Below are positions 1 to 8,113 of a stretch of DNA of 16,923 bases, in pieces. The notes beneath the pieces were generated by a model, which did no database searches, was not told the origin of the DNA, and saw only the letters and a list, made by a program, of their open reading frames with translations. Numbering within the stretch: position 1 is the first letter of the stretch; each line of letters starts with the position of its first letter. A program made the position numbers and the translations under genes. The stretch spans positions 1-16,923 of the forward strand of contig CAZPWM010000069.1 in assembly GCA_964590575.1 (NCBI GenBank), read 5' to 3'. The DNA is from an uncultured archaeon (GTDB taxonomy: Archaea > Asgardarchaeota > Thorarchaeia > Thorarchaeales > Thorarchaeaceae).

Positions 1-42
1 CGTATCATTGATGCTTTCACCACGATGCGCAATGCGGATTAA
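1..42 (+). CDS. possible 3' end of a gene entering from the left (RIIDAFTTMRNAD*)
   Basis: Frame 1 is open from the window edge to TAA at 40-42 and is followed by AT-rich intergenic-looking DNA. Too short to assign a product. Confidence 0.3.
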   Translation, partial: RIIDAFTTMRNAD

Positions 43-159
43 ATTCTAATCCAGTTGAAATTATTAATTCGGAATATTTACGAAAGAACAGCTCAATAAT
101 GGGGGTATCTTTCTTAACCCCCTATCTTTTTTTCGAGATGAGGCACAACTAGAAGAAGA

Positions 160-182
160 TGGCGGGCCAGACGGGAATTGAA
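160..182 (-). repeat. tRNA 3'-end fragment, copy 1 (att-like)
   Basis: Minus strand reads TTCAATT-CCCGT-CTGGCCC-G-CCA (T-loop, T-stem 3' strand, acceptor 3' strand, discriminator, CCA), then TCTT. 19/23 identical to the 3' end of the tRNA-Lys at 8922-8998. Lies 3 nt past the stop codon of the 186-572 gene. Confidence 0.85.
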
Positions 183-185
183 TCT

Positions 186-572
186 CTAGCCAATAGTGTA
201 GGATTCTCCTGGAGTATTGCACACACGATGATAGAGTTCAATTATCTCAGTTTTCGTTGAAGATCCAGCGATGAAGTCATTTCCTATACATACTCGTGGA
301 ATGGGTTTTCCATTCAATCTTTCATTTATTCTTTGAGCCAGAGACAACCGAGTGGTATCAATCAGTTCGATGTCAATTCCAAGTTCTTTTGCTGCAAGTT
401 CAGCGGAGGATGCTAAAGACATTGCCTCAGGGGGTACAACTTCTCTTGTTTCGTTAGTCTTTCCGAGTCTCTTGTCACACGAGTAACAGACAGCTTCCAT
501 ACCCCTCCTTCCCTTGAAACCACCTACTGTTGAGGATGAGAAAAAGACACGGATACTGAACTCATCAGACAT
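186..572 (-). CDS. thioredoxin/glutaredoxin-like fold protein (~128 aa)
   Basis: CxxC motif (CYSC) and a glutaredoxin-like cis-Pro strand motif (PIPRVCIGNDFIAG). Start moved from 686 to ATG 572 (MSDEF) because the longer ORF runs through tRNA-fragment copy 2. Confidence 0.6.
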   Translation of the reverse strand: MSDEFSIRVFFSSSTVGGFKGRRGMEAVCYSCDKRLGKTNETREVVPPEAMSLASSAELAAKELGIDIELIDTTRLSLAQRINERLNGKPIPRVCIGNDFIAGSSTKTEIIELYHRVCNTPGESYTIG

Positions 573-656
573 GTTACAGACCTCAATTGTTACTCCTTTA
601 GTAATATCAAAGATAAGGTCTAATTTCACAGCAATATGTAGGAACAATATGCACAA

Positions 657-679
657 TGGCGAGCCAGAAGGAATTTGAA
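657..679 (-). repeat. tRNA 3'-end fragment, copy 2 (more decayed)
   Basis: Minus strand reads TTCAAAT-TCCTT-CTGGCTC-G-CCA with the same spacing as the other copies. 17/23 identical to the tRNA-Lys 3' end. Lies 19 nt past the stop of the 699-1556 gene. Confidence 0.75.
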
Positions 680-698
680 AAGACAACTGCTACTGTAT

Positions 699-1556
699 TT
701 ATTGGATGCTAGGTGACACTGACTGCTCAGTTTGGCGTATCAATATAATCAGTAGAAAAAGTGCAATGCCATATGTGATGATATTTTCTAGTCCTTGCAA
801 TGATATGTTAAATAGAATGGGAAGGAAATTTAGAACAGCATGAGTCACACCCACAAGGTAGAGTGATCGTGTTTTTTCATATAGTAGTCCTATGAAACAA
901 AATAGTAAGAAACCTGAAATGATTCCTATGGGTGTCAGGGTTTGAACTAATCCATGAAAAATTACAAAGACCAATGTAACAGATATGATTCCAAATAGCC
1001 TACCATATTCCTCAACAGCCCGGGTTTGCAAATAGCCTCGAAACACAATCTCTTGCCAGAAACTATTCAACACATAGAACGTCATAGAGCTGACTAATGC
1101 ACTCAAGACTGGCCATTGACTGAAATTGGGAAAAATTGGGAGCGCTTGTGTGTCGAGAAATATTCCAAATATAATAGATCCAAAAAAGAGGCTCCACCCA
1201 ATAGCCAATCCAAATATCACGAATAGAAGGGTATTGCGCCATAGATTCAAACCAATGTCAGACAAGTGAAACTCATTTTTCTCAATGCGTGTAATTAAGG
1301 CGGCAACAAGTATGAGCATTAAGAGAATATCCAATGAACTCGCAATCGCCTGACCCTCTGATGATTCAGCTACAAAGATTTGCGCATTCTGAAAAGCAAC
1401 AGAAGATGACACCCCCTGCAAGATGAAGACCTGCTGGACTACAAGTATCAAACTGAATCTACTAATGACAATTAGCACAATGATCAGTATGAGAGTAATT
1501 GCAAGTTTCCATAAAAAGCGGATTTGTCCCGTATCTGTTCTGAGTACCCCTTCCAT
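699..1556 (-). CDS. CPBP (CAAX protease/Abi, Rce1-like) intramembrane glutamic endopeptidase family protein
   Basis: Multiple hydrophobic helices. CPBP motifs QEIVFR (normally EExxxR), FVIFH and HAVLN. Confidence 0.85.
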   Translation of the reverse strand: MEGVLRTDTGQIRFLWKLAITLILIIVLIVISRFSLILVVQQVFILQGVSSSVAFQNAQIFVAESSEGQAIASSLDILLMLILVAALITRIEKNEFHLSDIGLNLWRNTLLFVIFGLAIGWSLFFGSIIFGIFLDTQALPIFPNFSQWPVLSALVSSMTFYVLNSFWQEIVFRGYLQTRAVEEYGRLFGIISVTLVFVIFHGLVQTLTPIGIISGFLLFCFIGLLYEKTRSLYLVGVTHAVLNFLPILFNISLQGLENIITYGIALFLLIILIRQTEQSVSPSIQ

Positions 1557-1626
1557 GTTGATTAACCAGATGGTCTACATTGTTGTGATATAATAGACAA
1601 TAGGATTGAAGCAAGCTTTAGTAAGA

Positions 1627-1655
1627 TGGTGGGCCAGGGGGACTTGAACCCTCGA
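1627..1655 (-). repeat. tRNA 3'-end fragment, copy 3 (keeps T-stem 5' strand)
   Basis: Minus strand reads TC-GAGGG-TTCAAGT-CCCC-CTGGCCC-A-CCA, then TCTT. One base short in the T-stem 3' strand; discriminator is A. Confidence 0.85.
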
Positions 1656-1706
1656 ATATTTATTTCCAAGAGTATCTTCAAGTCAACAGGTAAGGAATTG
1701 ATGTGA

Positions 1707-2453
1707 ATGGACAAATGGAAGTACTATGACATTACACACAAGCATCATGTACTCTGTAATCCAATGCGTGAAGAGAAATTCGAACGATTTTGTCAACTTC
1801 TCAACCTACCAAAAGATGCTCGAATTCTTGATATCGCATGTGGAAAGGGAGAAGTCTTAGTCAGACTAGCAGAGAATTATGAAATTTCAGGGGTGGGAGT
1901 TGATCTATCTCCATTTTGTATCAATGATTGTAAGAAAAAACATCTCGAGAGAGTTCCTGAATCCGATTTAACCTTCATTGATTTGGATGGTGCAAAGTAT
2001 CGACCTGAATCTGGAGAACTATTTGATGTTGCAATGTGTTTGGGAGCAAGCTGGGTCTTTGAAGATCATGCTGGAACATTGAAAGCACTCAAGCAGATGA
2101 CAAAATCTGGAGGTCTTGTGATTGTTGGTGAACCTTTTTGGTTGAAGGAGCCTGATACTGAATATCTTGAGGTGACCAAAATGACTCGTAATTCTTTTCG
2201 ACCGCATGAAGATAATGTGTATCAAGGTGAAGAAATGGGACTCACATGCCTCTATACACTTGTGTCTAACAAAGATGATTGGGATCACTATGAAACTCTT
2301 CAGTGGTGGGCTGTTGACAATTATATTCAGTCGCATACGGATGATCTCGATAATCAGGAGCTTCTCGAGAAAACAAAGACTGCAAAAGATATCTACCTAA
2401 AATGGGGTAGAGATACTATCAGCTGGGGAGTATACATCTTCAGAAATCCGTAA
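1707..2453 (+). CDS. class I SAM-dependent methyltransferase, YjhP-like
   Basis: Motif I ILDIACGKG, motif II GVGVDLS, then FDVAMCLGASW and KSGGLVIVGEPFW. The N-terminal HH-VLCNP segment and 248-aa length resemble the E. coli YjhP family (from memory). Confidence 0.9.
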   Translation: MDKWKYYDITHKHHVLCNPMREEKFERFCQLLNLPKDARILDIACGKGEVLVRLAENYEISGVGVDLSPFCINDCKKKHLERVPESDLTFIDLDGAKYRPESGELFDVAMCLGASWVFEDHAGTLKALKQMTKSGGLVIVGEPFWLKEPDTEYLEVTKMTRNSFRPHEDNVYQGEEMGLTCLYTLVSNKDDWDHYETLQWWAVDNYIQSHTDDLDNQELLEKTKTAKDIYLKWGRDTISWGVYIFRNP

Positions 2454-2461
2454 AATCAAGA

Positions 2462-2484
2462 TGGCGGGCCAGGGGGGATTTGAA
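2462..2484 (-). repeat. tRNA 3'-end fragment, copy 4
   Basis: Minus strand reads TTCAAAT-CCCCC-CTGGCCC-G-CCA, then TCTT. 20/23 identical to the tRNA-Lys 3' end. Starts 8 nt after the methyltransferase stop. Confidence 0.9.
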
Positions 2485-2542
2485 ATCTTTGTTCCCTAAT
2501 AGAAATACAAGATGTCCTGCGTGATCTACTTCTAGAAGATTG

Positions 2543-2980
2543 TCAGATTTCATCTGCTATTTTGAGATGTTCCTTAGCTTCATCCATATCAGATTGATAC
2601 TGATTTGCTAAATCTATTTTTCCTTCCGACAGAGCAAGTCTCTTTCGTTTCCGGAGTGATTCAATGCGCATTCTATAGAGTACATCAGGAGTGTACTGAG
2701 GATTTGTGCCAGAAGTGGCAAAGTCTACTTGCATATACCTATCCTCGATTCCATACCATTTGTTCCTTCTCAAATCCCACTCCAATCCAATGAATATAAC
2801 CGCCAGAAAAAGAGTGAGTGCAGCAAATCCTTGAAACCAGAGAAAAGTAGTTTCACTGATACCTGAAATTCCAGACCAATTAAGTAGTAGAGAACCGAAT
2901 GATCCAATGCCAGAAAGAATTGCCATGATTAATGTAATATTACTCTTAATACTCGATTCTTCTCGAACTTCCTTGGTCAT
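2543..2980 (-). CDS. hypothetical membrane protein (2 predicted TM helices plus charged C-terminal helices)
   Basis: Two hydrophobic segments (about residues 15-35 and 47-67), ATG start, TATA-like box about 31 nt upstream. Confidence 0.7.
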   Translation of the reverse strand: MTKEVREESSIKSNITLIMAILSGIGSFGSLLLNWSGISGISETTFLWFQGFAALTLFLAVIFIGLEWDLRRNKWYGIEDRYMQVDFATSGTNPQYTPDVLYRMRIESLRKRKRLALSEGKIDLANQYQSDMDEAKEHLKIADEI

Positions 2981-3010
2981 AGTAACTCGTTTGAGTTATG
3001 TATTGAAACA

Positions 3011-3017
3011 ATATAAA
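3011..3017 (-). promoter_or_regulatory. putative archaeal TATA box (TTTATAT) for the 2543-2980 gene
   Basis: About 31 nt upstream of the ATG at 2980, which fits a leaderless or short-leader archaeal promoter. Confidence 0.45.
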
Positions 3018-3090
3018 TTGCAACCAAAGATTAATGACAATCTAGAGATAATTTGTTGCTAACTATCTGGAGTTAAAATCCACCAATTTT

Positions 3091-4179
3091 TCATTTAAAT
3101 TCGGGCCAAGGATAATCAGCTCTATCAAGTAATCGAATCAAGTCTGCAATAAACAAAATCAGGTATATTACAATCCTATCAACTTCATCCTTGGTAATTA
3201 TACCCATCGGTTTGTGTTTTGTTTTTTCAGTTCTTGCTTTCAGCGATTTGAAATACTCGATTAGATAATCGTGGCCTGCCTTTATTCCATGAATTTCTTC
3301 ATCACCATGACCTATTCCAATTCTTGATTTAATCCATGCTATTACCAGAGCTACTTTTCCAACTGTATCATCCTCCCTAGGTCGCACTTGCTCGTCAGGT
3401 AACATATCTTGTATTAGTAATATCTCGGTAAATCTTTGGAGTGTGTTTCGACAGGCATCTGCAGTAGCACGCCATTCTAGTTCGTTATTTGTTTCTTGCT
3501 GCCTAAGAACCATTTTTGTGATTTCATCAAATAATCTCGGATCAATGCGGGCTAACCTATTTGAAACCAAATCTTTTGTTTCGTCAAAGATATGTTGAAG
3601 AATTGGATGGAATTTAAGGGCAATTTGCTGAGTAATTAGATAATCATTAATCCTAGCACGTACTATGTGCAAGATTGAACGTAACCGATTTCTATCAATA
3701 ACGGAAGTTACTCTAATTTGGTCATCTTGTTGTTCTGGATTCTGTATAATTCGGAAAAGGGAAGGATTTTCTTTCAAATCCTCAATATATCCAATAGGAA
3801 ACGTAACATAGAACGGAACCTCGTATGGTATAAATCTAAATAACGCTCTCCAGAAAATGGAACGTTGTTCGATTGTGTCTAAAGAAGAATGTTTTTCAAT
3901 CATATCAAGAGGACCAAGGCCTATTGGCTTCCAATCATTAAGGTCATAACATCTATATTTGGGGATGAAGTGGTTTGTTGATTTTTGCCCTATAATAGAG
4001 GGATTTGGGTAGCCATTTAATTCAAAATTAATCCATTCTTCTGCATCTTTTGAGCCTATCAATTTTGAAATGTTGGAACATCGTAGAAGGAGTCTTGATA
4101 CTGAAGCCCCTTCAGTGTAAATTTCCTTTAATGTTTCCTCGATGAGGCTTAGGGCTTCGTCTATTCTATCATCTGGCAT
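3091..4179 (-). CDS. AbiTii-like N-terminal domain protein with a helical HEPN/Abi-like C-terminus (putative anti-viral)
   Basis: N-terminus VSRLLLRC..ISKLIG..DAEEWINFELNGYP...IPKYR matches the AbiTii pattern. C-terminus ADACRNTLQ...RTEKTKH (R-x5-H) is HEPN-like. Confidence 0.7.
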   Translation of the reverse strand: MPDDRIDEALSLIEETLKEIYTEGASVSRLLLRCSNISKLIGSKDAEEWINFELNGYPNPSIIGQKSTNHFIPKYRCYDLNDWKPIGLGPLDMIEKHSSLDTIEQRSIFWRALFRFIPYEVPFYVTFPIGYIEDLKENPSLFRIIQNPEQQDDQIRVTSVIDRNRLRSILHIVRARINDYLITQQIALKFHPILQHIFDETKDLVSNRLARIDPRLFDEITKMVLRQQETNNELEWRATADACRNTLQRFTEILLIQDMLPDEQVRPREDDTVGKVALVIAWIKSRIGIGHGDEEIHGIKAGHDYLIEYFKSLKARTEKTKHKPMGIITKDEVDRIVIYLILFIADLIRLLDRADYPWPEFK

Positions 4180-4295
4180 GGTTATATCGATTGAAACTGG
4201 ATGTCGTAATCAAACTTCCGATGTTTCACTTAAAAGATATTTTAGGCACTCTTCAATTCTATCACAAAAGGAATTCTTTTCAAGATTTCGAGCTA

Positions 4296-5246
4296 TTAAA
4301 AATAATCAACTAAATACAATTCAGATACTGCATCGAGTATACTTATTGGTAGAACAATGAGAAGCGGTATTGAAAAAATCACTGCCATTGTTGACAGGTG
4401 CTTCTTGAACCAGTTGCGAATAATTCCAATCATATTCACTAGTTCTGGAGGAATATTCTCCTCTTGCCATAGCATACTGATTGATTTCTCTAACAAATCC
4501 TTAATCTCTGAAAATAACTCATGATCGAATTTTCTAAGTGAAGGTTCAGGATTACCATGGGCAATCTTTCCTCTTAGTCGAACTAAGTAGGTAAGGAATT
4601 TTCTGTATCTCTGAATTTCAGATTTCATAAATTGATTTTGACAAATTTCTTCTATATTCAATGCATCATACAATGTTTGAATAAGTTGATTTGAGCCCAA
4701 ACGCCAAACATGACTGATTTCTGTAACCTTTGTTCTATCTCTTCCGTTCACTATTTCGTTATCAGTGATGTATTTCCCTATTAATCGTAAAATAGTTTCA
4801 GATTCTTTCAAACTAGATATTCGAGAATCTAGATAAGCATCAAGATATGCAGAGCTAGAAAGTGTTAGTAATGCTAGCAGTCTACGTATTTCTCTTCTCC
4901 CAAAAACTTTGGAAAGGTCTACTTCTTGATTTTGATCTGAAATAGAACTCATCAGTTTCAGAAACAATTCTAGTTCTTCGAATCCCTCGGTGGATTCGGA
5001 TTGTTTTTTCAGCTTTGGAATCTCACCTTTCTTCCATATACTAATCCATTCGTTTTGTACGAGGTTGATAGGCCAGGTCATGAAGCTCATTGCATTTACA
5101 AAATTCATTACATCTCCTATTTGTCTACCAAGTTTCTTCCCATTCTCGCTTGAAAAGAGAGCAGTATATTGGATTTCTTCCTTTGAACTATCGATAAATC
5201 TACGTATTTTACCTAATTTTTTCTCAAGAGCATTCGTCACTATCAT
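4296..5246 (-). CDS. HEPN-domain protein (putative RNase effector)
   Basis: R-x4-H motif in LVRLRGKIAHG (RGKIAH at 4557-4574), preceded by an acidic amphipathic helix (SAYLDAYLD). All-helical character. Confidence 0.65.
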   Translation of the reverse strand: MIVTNALEKKLGKIRRFIDSSKEEIQYTALFSSENGKKLGRQIGDVMNFVNAMSFMTWPINLVQNEWISIWKKGEIPKLKKQSESTEGFEELELFLKLMSSISDQNQEVDLSKVFGRREIRRLLALLTLSSSAYLDAYLDSRISSLKESETILRLIGKYITDNEIVNGRDRTKVTEISHVWRLGSNQLIQTLYDALNIEEICQNQFMKSEIQRYRKFLTYLVRLRGKIAHGNPEPSLRKFDHELFSEIKDLLEKSISMLWQEENIPPELVNMIGIIRNWFKKHLSTMAVIFSIPLLIVLPISILDAVSELYLVDYF

Positions 5247-5350
5247 CGCTCCTACAGTTTCCCAATGTAAGCAACGTATTTCATAATTACGAAATTTAGT
5301 GATTCTGTATCTCTGAAATCTTCAATTCTGTATGTGATAGAACCATCAAG

Positions 5351-6577
5351 TTAGTTTGATCCAATTTTATCTTGACTTTTCTTAGATACATAGACGGTTT
5401 TGTAATGATCCTTTTCGCGACGCCATTCCATTTGTATTGGAACCTGATCTTGAATTGGAGTAGATACAGCTGTTCCTAGTTGAATCGGTATAAGAAAATC
5501 TGAGAATCTTCTCTCATTTTCCAGTAATTTCGGAGCTGCTTTTTCAAGAAAGAACTCTCTAAGTTTGGTAAGAGCCTTAATACCATTTTTAATGATTTCA
5601 ACTTCGTTTTCTGTAATTTTCTTCTGCTTATGTACAATATCATTTCTAAGTAGCCATAGACAGGCAACTTCTTCACATTCCTCAGCCAAATTGGGAAGTT
5701 TAAGAGACCTTAACCATGGAGCAAACCCACTCTTCCTTTTTTGTCCCACATACTCTAGATAGATGTGAGATATTGCTTCAAGGGTTATTGCTGCGTTTAC
5801 AAGAGCTTCTTGATATCGTTTCTCTCTATTCTGATTTAATGCCCTTGCCCATTGAAGTTGGTGAAAATCGGGTTCTCCACTAGTTTGAAGTAAATCATTG
5901 AAAACTTGTGACTCGCCAATTTTCTTGACTCTTAAACGAGGATATGGAAAATCAGCCATCCTCTCGTCAGGTGTTATCTGAGTGGGATATAGATAATGTA
6001 TCCCGCCTGAAACCAAAGCAACAAGCAATCTTAACTTTGTTTCATAGAAGCTTACACTGCGTACTTCTCTGGTTGGATTGGATGGACTGATGAGAGTACA
6101 ATATTGGTCAAGAAATGAATTGATATCATTGAGAAGCTGATTGCATCTATCCTTGGAAACATGATGGAACACAATTTTATCCAGTTGTCTTTGCCATTCT
6201 TCTGTACCTGCCTTTGCAGATATCTTAGCTTGACTGATTGTTATTCCTCGTGTAATTGTTGTTTTCATCTTCCTCTTATGATGATAGATTTTTGATTTTC
6301 CAGTAATTCTATTTAGGAACTTGTGGTAGTATTTTCTAGAATTTCCTGTTATGCGATCTAAATATTCCTGATCATCTACCTGTGTTTCATTGACAATAAA
6401 TTCAAACGGTCTATCAATTGGTCCGTCAATTAAGTTACCTGTTATGACTAACCAGAAATCATTTCTAAACGAGAATTCCCGATTAGAGTCTAGGGAGTAT
6501 GTTCCTGATTCAATTGAAATCCAGAAAGGTAGTTCAATGGTTAGGTATACCGTTATGTCGGGTGAGTCGCTTGACAT
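5351..6577 (-). CDS. C-terminal HEPN-domain protein (ApeA-like architecture, putative RNase effector)
   Basis: HEPN helix YQEALVNAAITLE and R-x4-H motif RNDIVH (5630-5647) after a beta-rich N-terminal region. ATG 6577 preferred over TTG 6601. Confidence 0.7.
   Translation of the reverse strand: MSSDSPDITVYLTIELPFWISIESGTYSLDSNREFSFRNDFWLVITGNLIDGPIDRPFEFIVNETQVDDQEYLDRITGNSRKYYHKFLNRITGKSKIYHHKRKMKTTITRGITISQAKISAKAGTEEWQRQLDKIVFHHVSKDRCNQLLNDINSFLDQYCTLISPSNPTREVRSVSFYETKLRLLVALVSGGIHYLYPTQITPDERMADFPYPRLRVKKIGESQVFNDLLQTSGEPDFHQLQWARALNQNREKRYQEALVNAAITLEAISHIYLEYVGQKRKSGFAPWLRSLKLPNLAEECEEVACLWLLRNDIVHKQKKITENEVEIIKNGIKALTKLREFFLEKAAPKLLENERRFSDFLIPIQLGTAVSTPIQDQVPIQMEWRREKDHYKTVYVSKKSQDKIGSN
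6275..6364 (-). repeat. intragenic 45-bp (15-aa) tandem duplication
   Basis: YLDRITGNSRKYYHK / FLNRITGKSKIYHHK, 9/15 residues identical. Confidence 0.8.
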
Positions 6578-6672
6578 TTTAATCACTATACTAATGTTCA
6601 ATTGACATCATAAGCTCGAAATCCTATATACACTCTGCTCGGATTGTAATCTAAAAATTAATGAAAATTAAA

Positions 6673-6691
6673 TGGCGGGCCAGGGCGGATT
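6673..6691 (-). repeat. tRNA 3'-end fragment, copy 5 (T-loop truncated)
   Basis: Minus strand reads AAT-CCGCC-CTGGCCC-G-CCA. 16/19 identical to the tRNA-Lys 3' end. Intergenic. Confidence 0.8.
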
Positions 6692-6742
6692 TTTGGGCGA
6701 CTAATTGAGAAGCCATATATGATTTGATTATTCACTGCTGTT

Positions 6743-7025
6743 ATGGTTGAATTTGATGCTAAACTGTTTTCAGTACTCACAGAGAAGGTAGTTCACGATG
6801 CTTTGCAGGGGAGACCAGTACAAGACCACGAAACAGTATTCCTCGATTCTGCTTTTTTTGGTTAGTTTCTTTGATATTGGTAATGAATCGATGAAAAAAG
6901 CAGAATTTAAAGAAGTACTAGTTGCAATGAAGGATTATGGACTTACCGGATGTCAAGTTATACAACTGACTTCATTCGGTCTTGATGAAAGTGATTTGAC
7001 AAGAGAGAAGATAATTGTCATGTAG
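6743..7025 (+). pseudogene. frameshifted small gene, PIN/VapC-like N-terminal motif
   Basis: ATG 6743 frame (MVEFDAK...ETVFLDSAF) stops at 6865. Removing one T from the T7 run (6853-6859) joins it to the 6798-7025 frame, giving TVFLDSAFLVSFFD, similar to the PIN first-strand motif. TATA-like CATATAT about 25 nt upstream. Confidence 0.4.
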
Positions 7026-7110
7026 CTTGTTGATGCTTTTACAGTCCCAAAGAAAGGAGAGAACAAGGTCAATCATTCATCTGTGGTGAAGTGAGGGATT
7101 TGGATTATTC

Positions 7111-8034
7111 TCAGGTCGTGCTGTAAACTAGTTGAAGAAAGATATCCAAAAGGAGGTCCACATTTGCTGCAACAGTTGCAGTAATAGAAATTGGCTGGTT
7201 ATCCTTCAAGTGAGAGGTGTTTTTTCTCACCTTGTTTAGCTCACTAGCTAACCAAGATTCCAATGTTCCCTCTTTCAAAACTCTCAACTGACGTGAGGCA
7301 CCGACCAACTGTCCAAGTGTGAAGTCATCTAGGTTTTTCCCTTGATAATTAGCTTCTCGAATTTCATTCCATTTGGTTTCATCGAGGATTGTTATAGGCC
7401 TAACTTGATCTTTAAGCACTTCTTCAAGCAGCAGGGATGCACATCTTATGGATTCTGACCAGTTACTTTGCCAGAGAGCGATTTTGTAATCTTGAACCTT
7501 ACTCCAAAGGTGTGCGGAAATATTCGATGCAAAGAGAGGCGCGGGTGCGTTTAACGCATCTCTTCCTCTTGAAGTCAAATACATCTCTTTGAACTCATTT
7601 TTCTTGATTAAGCCTAAGACCGTCAATTTCCTTAGTCTATTTCCTAATTCCAAACGTGATGGAAGAATATTTTCTTCTAGAACAATTTCATTAAGTTTGA
7701 CCAAGTTTCCACATACATCATCTAAGCAATCCAGAAGTTCCCTATCTATCGAATCAATTAGAACATAGGTGGGTTTTCGTGAAGATATCATTTCGAGAGT
7801 TTTGTCTTCTGGAGGAGAGAATATCGATTCTAACAGTTTTTTCTGTATGCGCCAATTCATTCCCTCAAATATTATTACAGACAAATCCCACATACCAACA
7901 ATAATGAGGAACAATGGTCTGAAATCAATTTCATAAATTAGCAATGGGTTCGACCCCCATAGGATAATGAATACCATGGTCAAAATGAATGCCCAGACGG
8001 TATAATCTCTACGGACCAATTTCCTATTACTCAT
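7111..8034 (-). CDS. 2xTM + winged-helix + HEPN-like protein
   Basis: Two N-terminal TM helices. wHTH signature LGNRLRKLTVLGLI...MYLTSRG. HEPN-like ESIRCASLLLEEVLK...TLGQLV...RKNTSH (7210-7227). ATG 8034 has a GAGGA RBS and is preferred over TTG 8055. Confidence 0.7.
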   Translation of the reverse strand: MSNRKLVRRDYTVWAFILTMVFIILWGSNPLLIYEIDFRPLFLIIVGMWDLSVIIFEGMNWRIQKKLLESIFSPPEDKTLEMISSRKPTYVLIDSIDRELLDCLDDVCGNLVKLNEIVLEENILPSRLELGNRLRKLTVLGLIKKNEFKEMYLTSRGRDALNAPAPLFASNISAHLWSKVQDYKIALWQSNWSESIRCASLLLEEVLKDQVRPITILDETKWNEIREANYQGKNLDDFTLGQLVGASRQLRVLKEGTLESWLASELNKVRKNTSHLKDNQPISITATVAANVDLLLDIFLQLVYSTT

Positions 8035-8113
8035 TGAAATTCCTCTAACTGCCAAAGACCTAGGCTTTCCTTAAAACTTCCACAGCTCGAATTTTCCGAG
8101 ATAAGTCATTATC

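Noticed and set aside
573-686. N-terminal 38 aa of the 166-aa ORF call
   Set aside because: Non-ATG start that runs through repeat copy 2 and intergenic-like DNA. ATG 572 is more plausible.
3043-3071. Imperfect palindrome AGATAATT-N7-AACTATCT as a dif/Xer-like site
   Set aside because: Single copy, imperfect arms, and poor match to the dif consensus.
2019-6605. Short overlapping ORFs (2019-2336, 2206-2400, 2605-2793, 4142-4360, 4990-5286, 5476-5676, 5565-5762, 6390-6605)
   Set aside because: Antisense or out-of-frame shadows of longer, better-supported genes, with no recognisable features.
4284-6623. 11-bp inverted match GATTTCGAGCT / AGCTCGAAATC flanking two HEPN genes
   Set aside because: Too short to separate from chance, and there is no associated recombinase or target duplication.
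160-6691. tRNA-like repeats read as a CRISPR array for the Cas12-like protein
   Set aside because: Spacing is 0.5-4.2 kb with whole genes in between, and the repeats are degenerate and tRNA-derived.
160-6691. Repeats as functional or split tRNA genes
   Set aside because: Only 19-29 nt each, with no D-arm or anticodon arm and no visible leader for trans-splicing.
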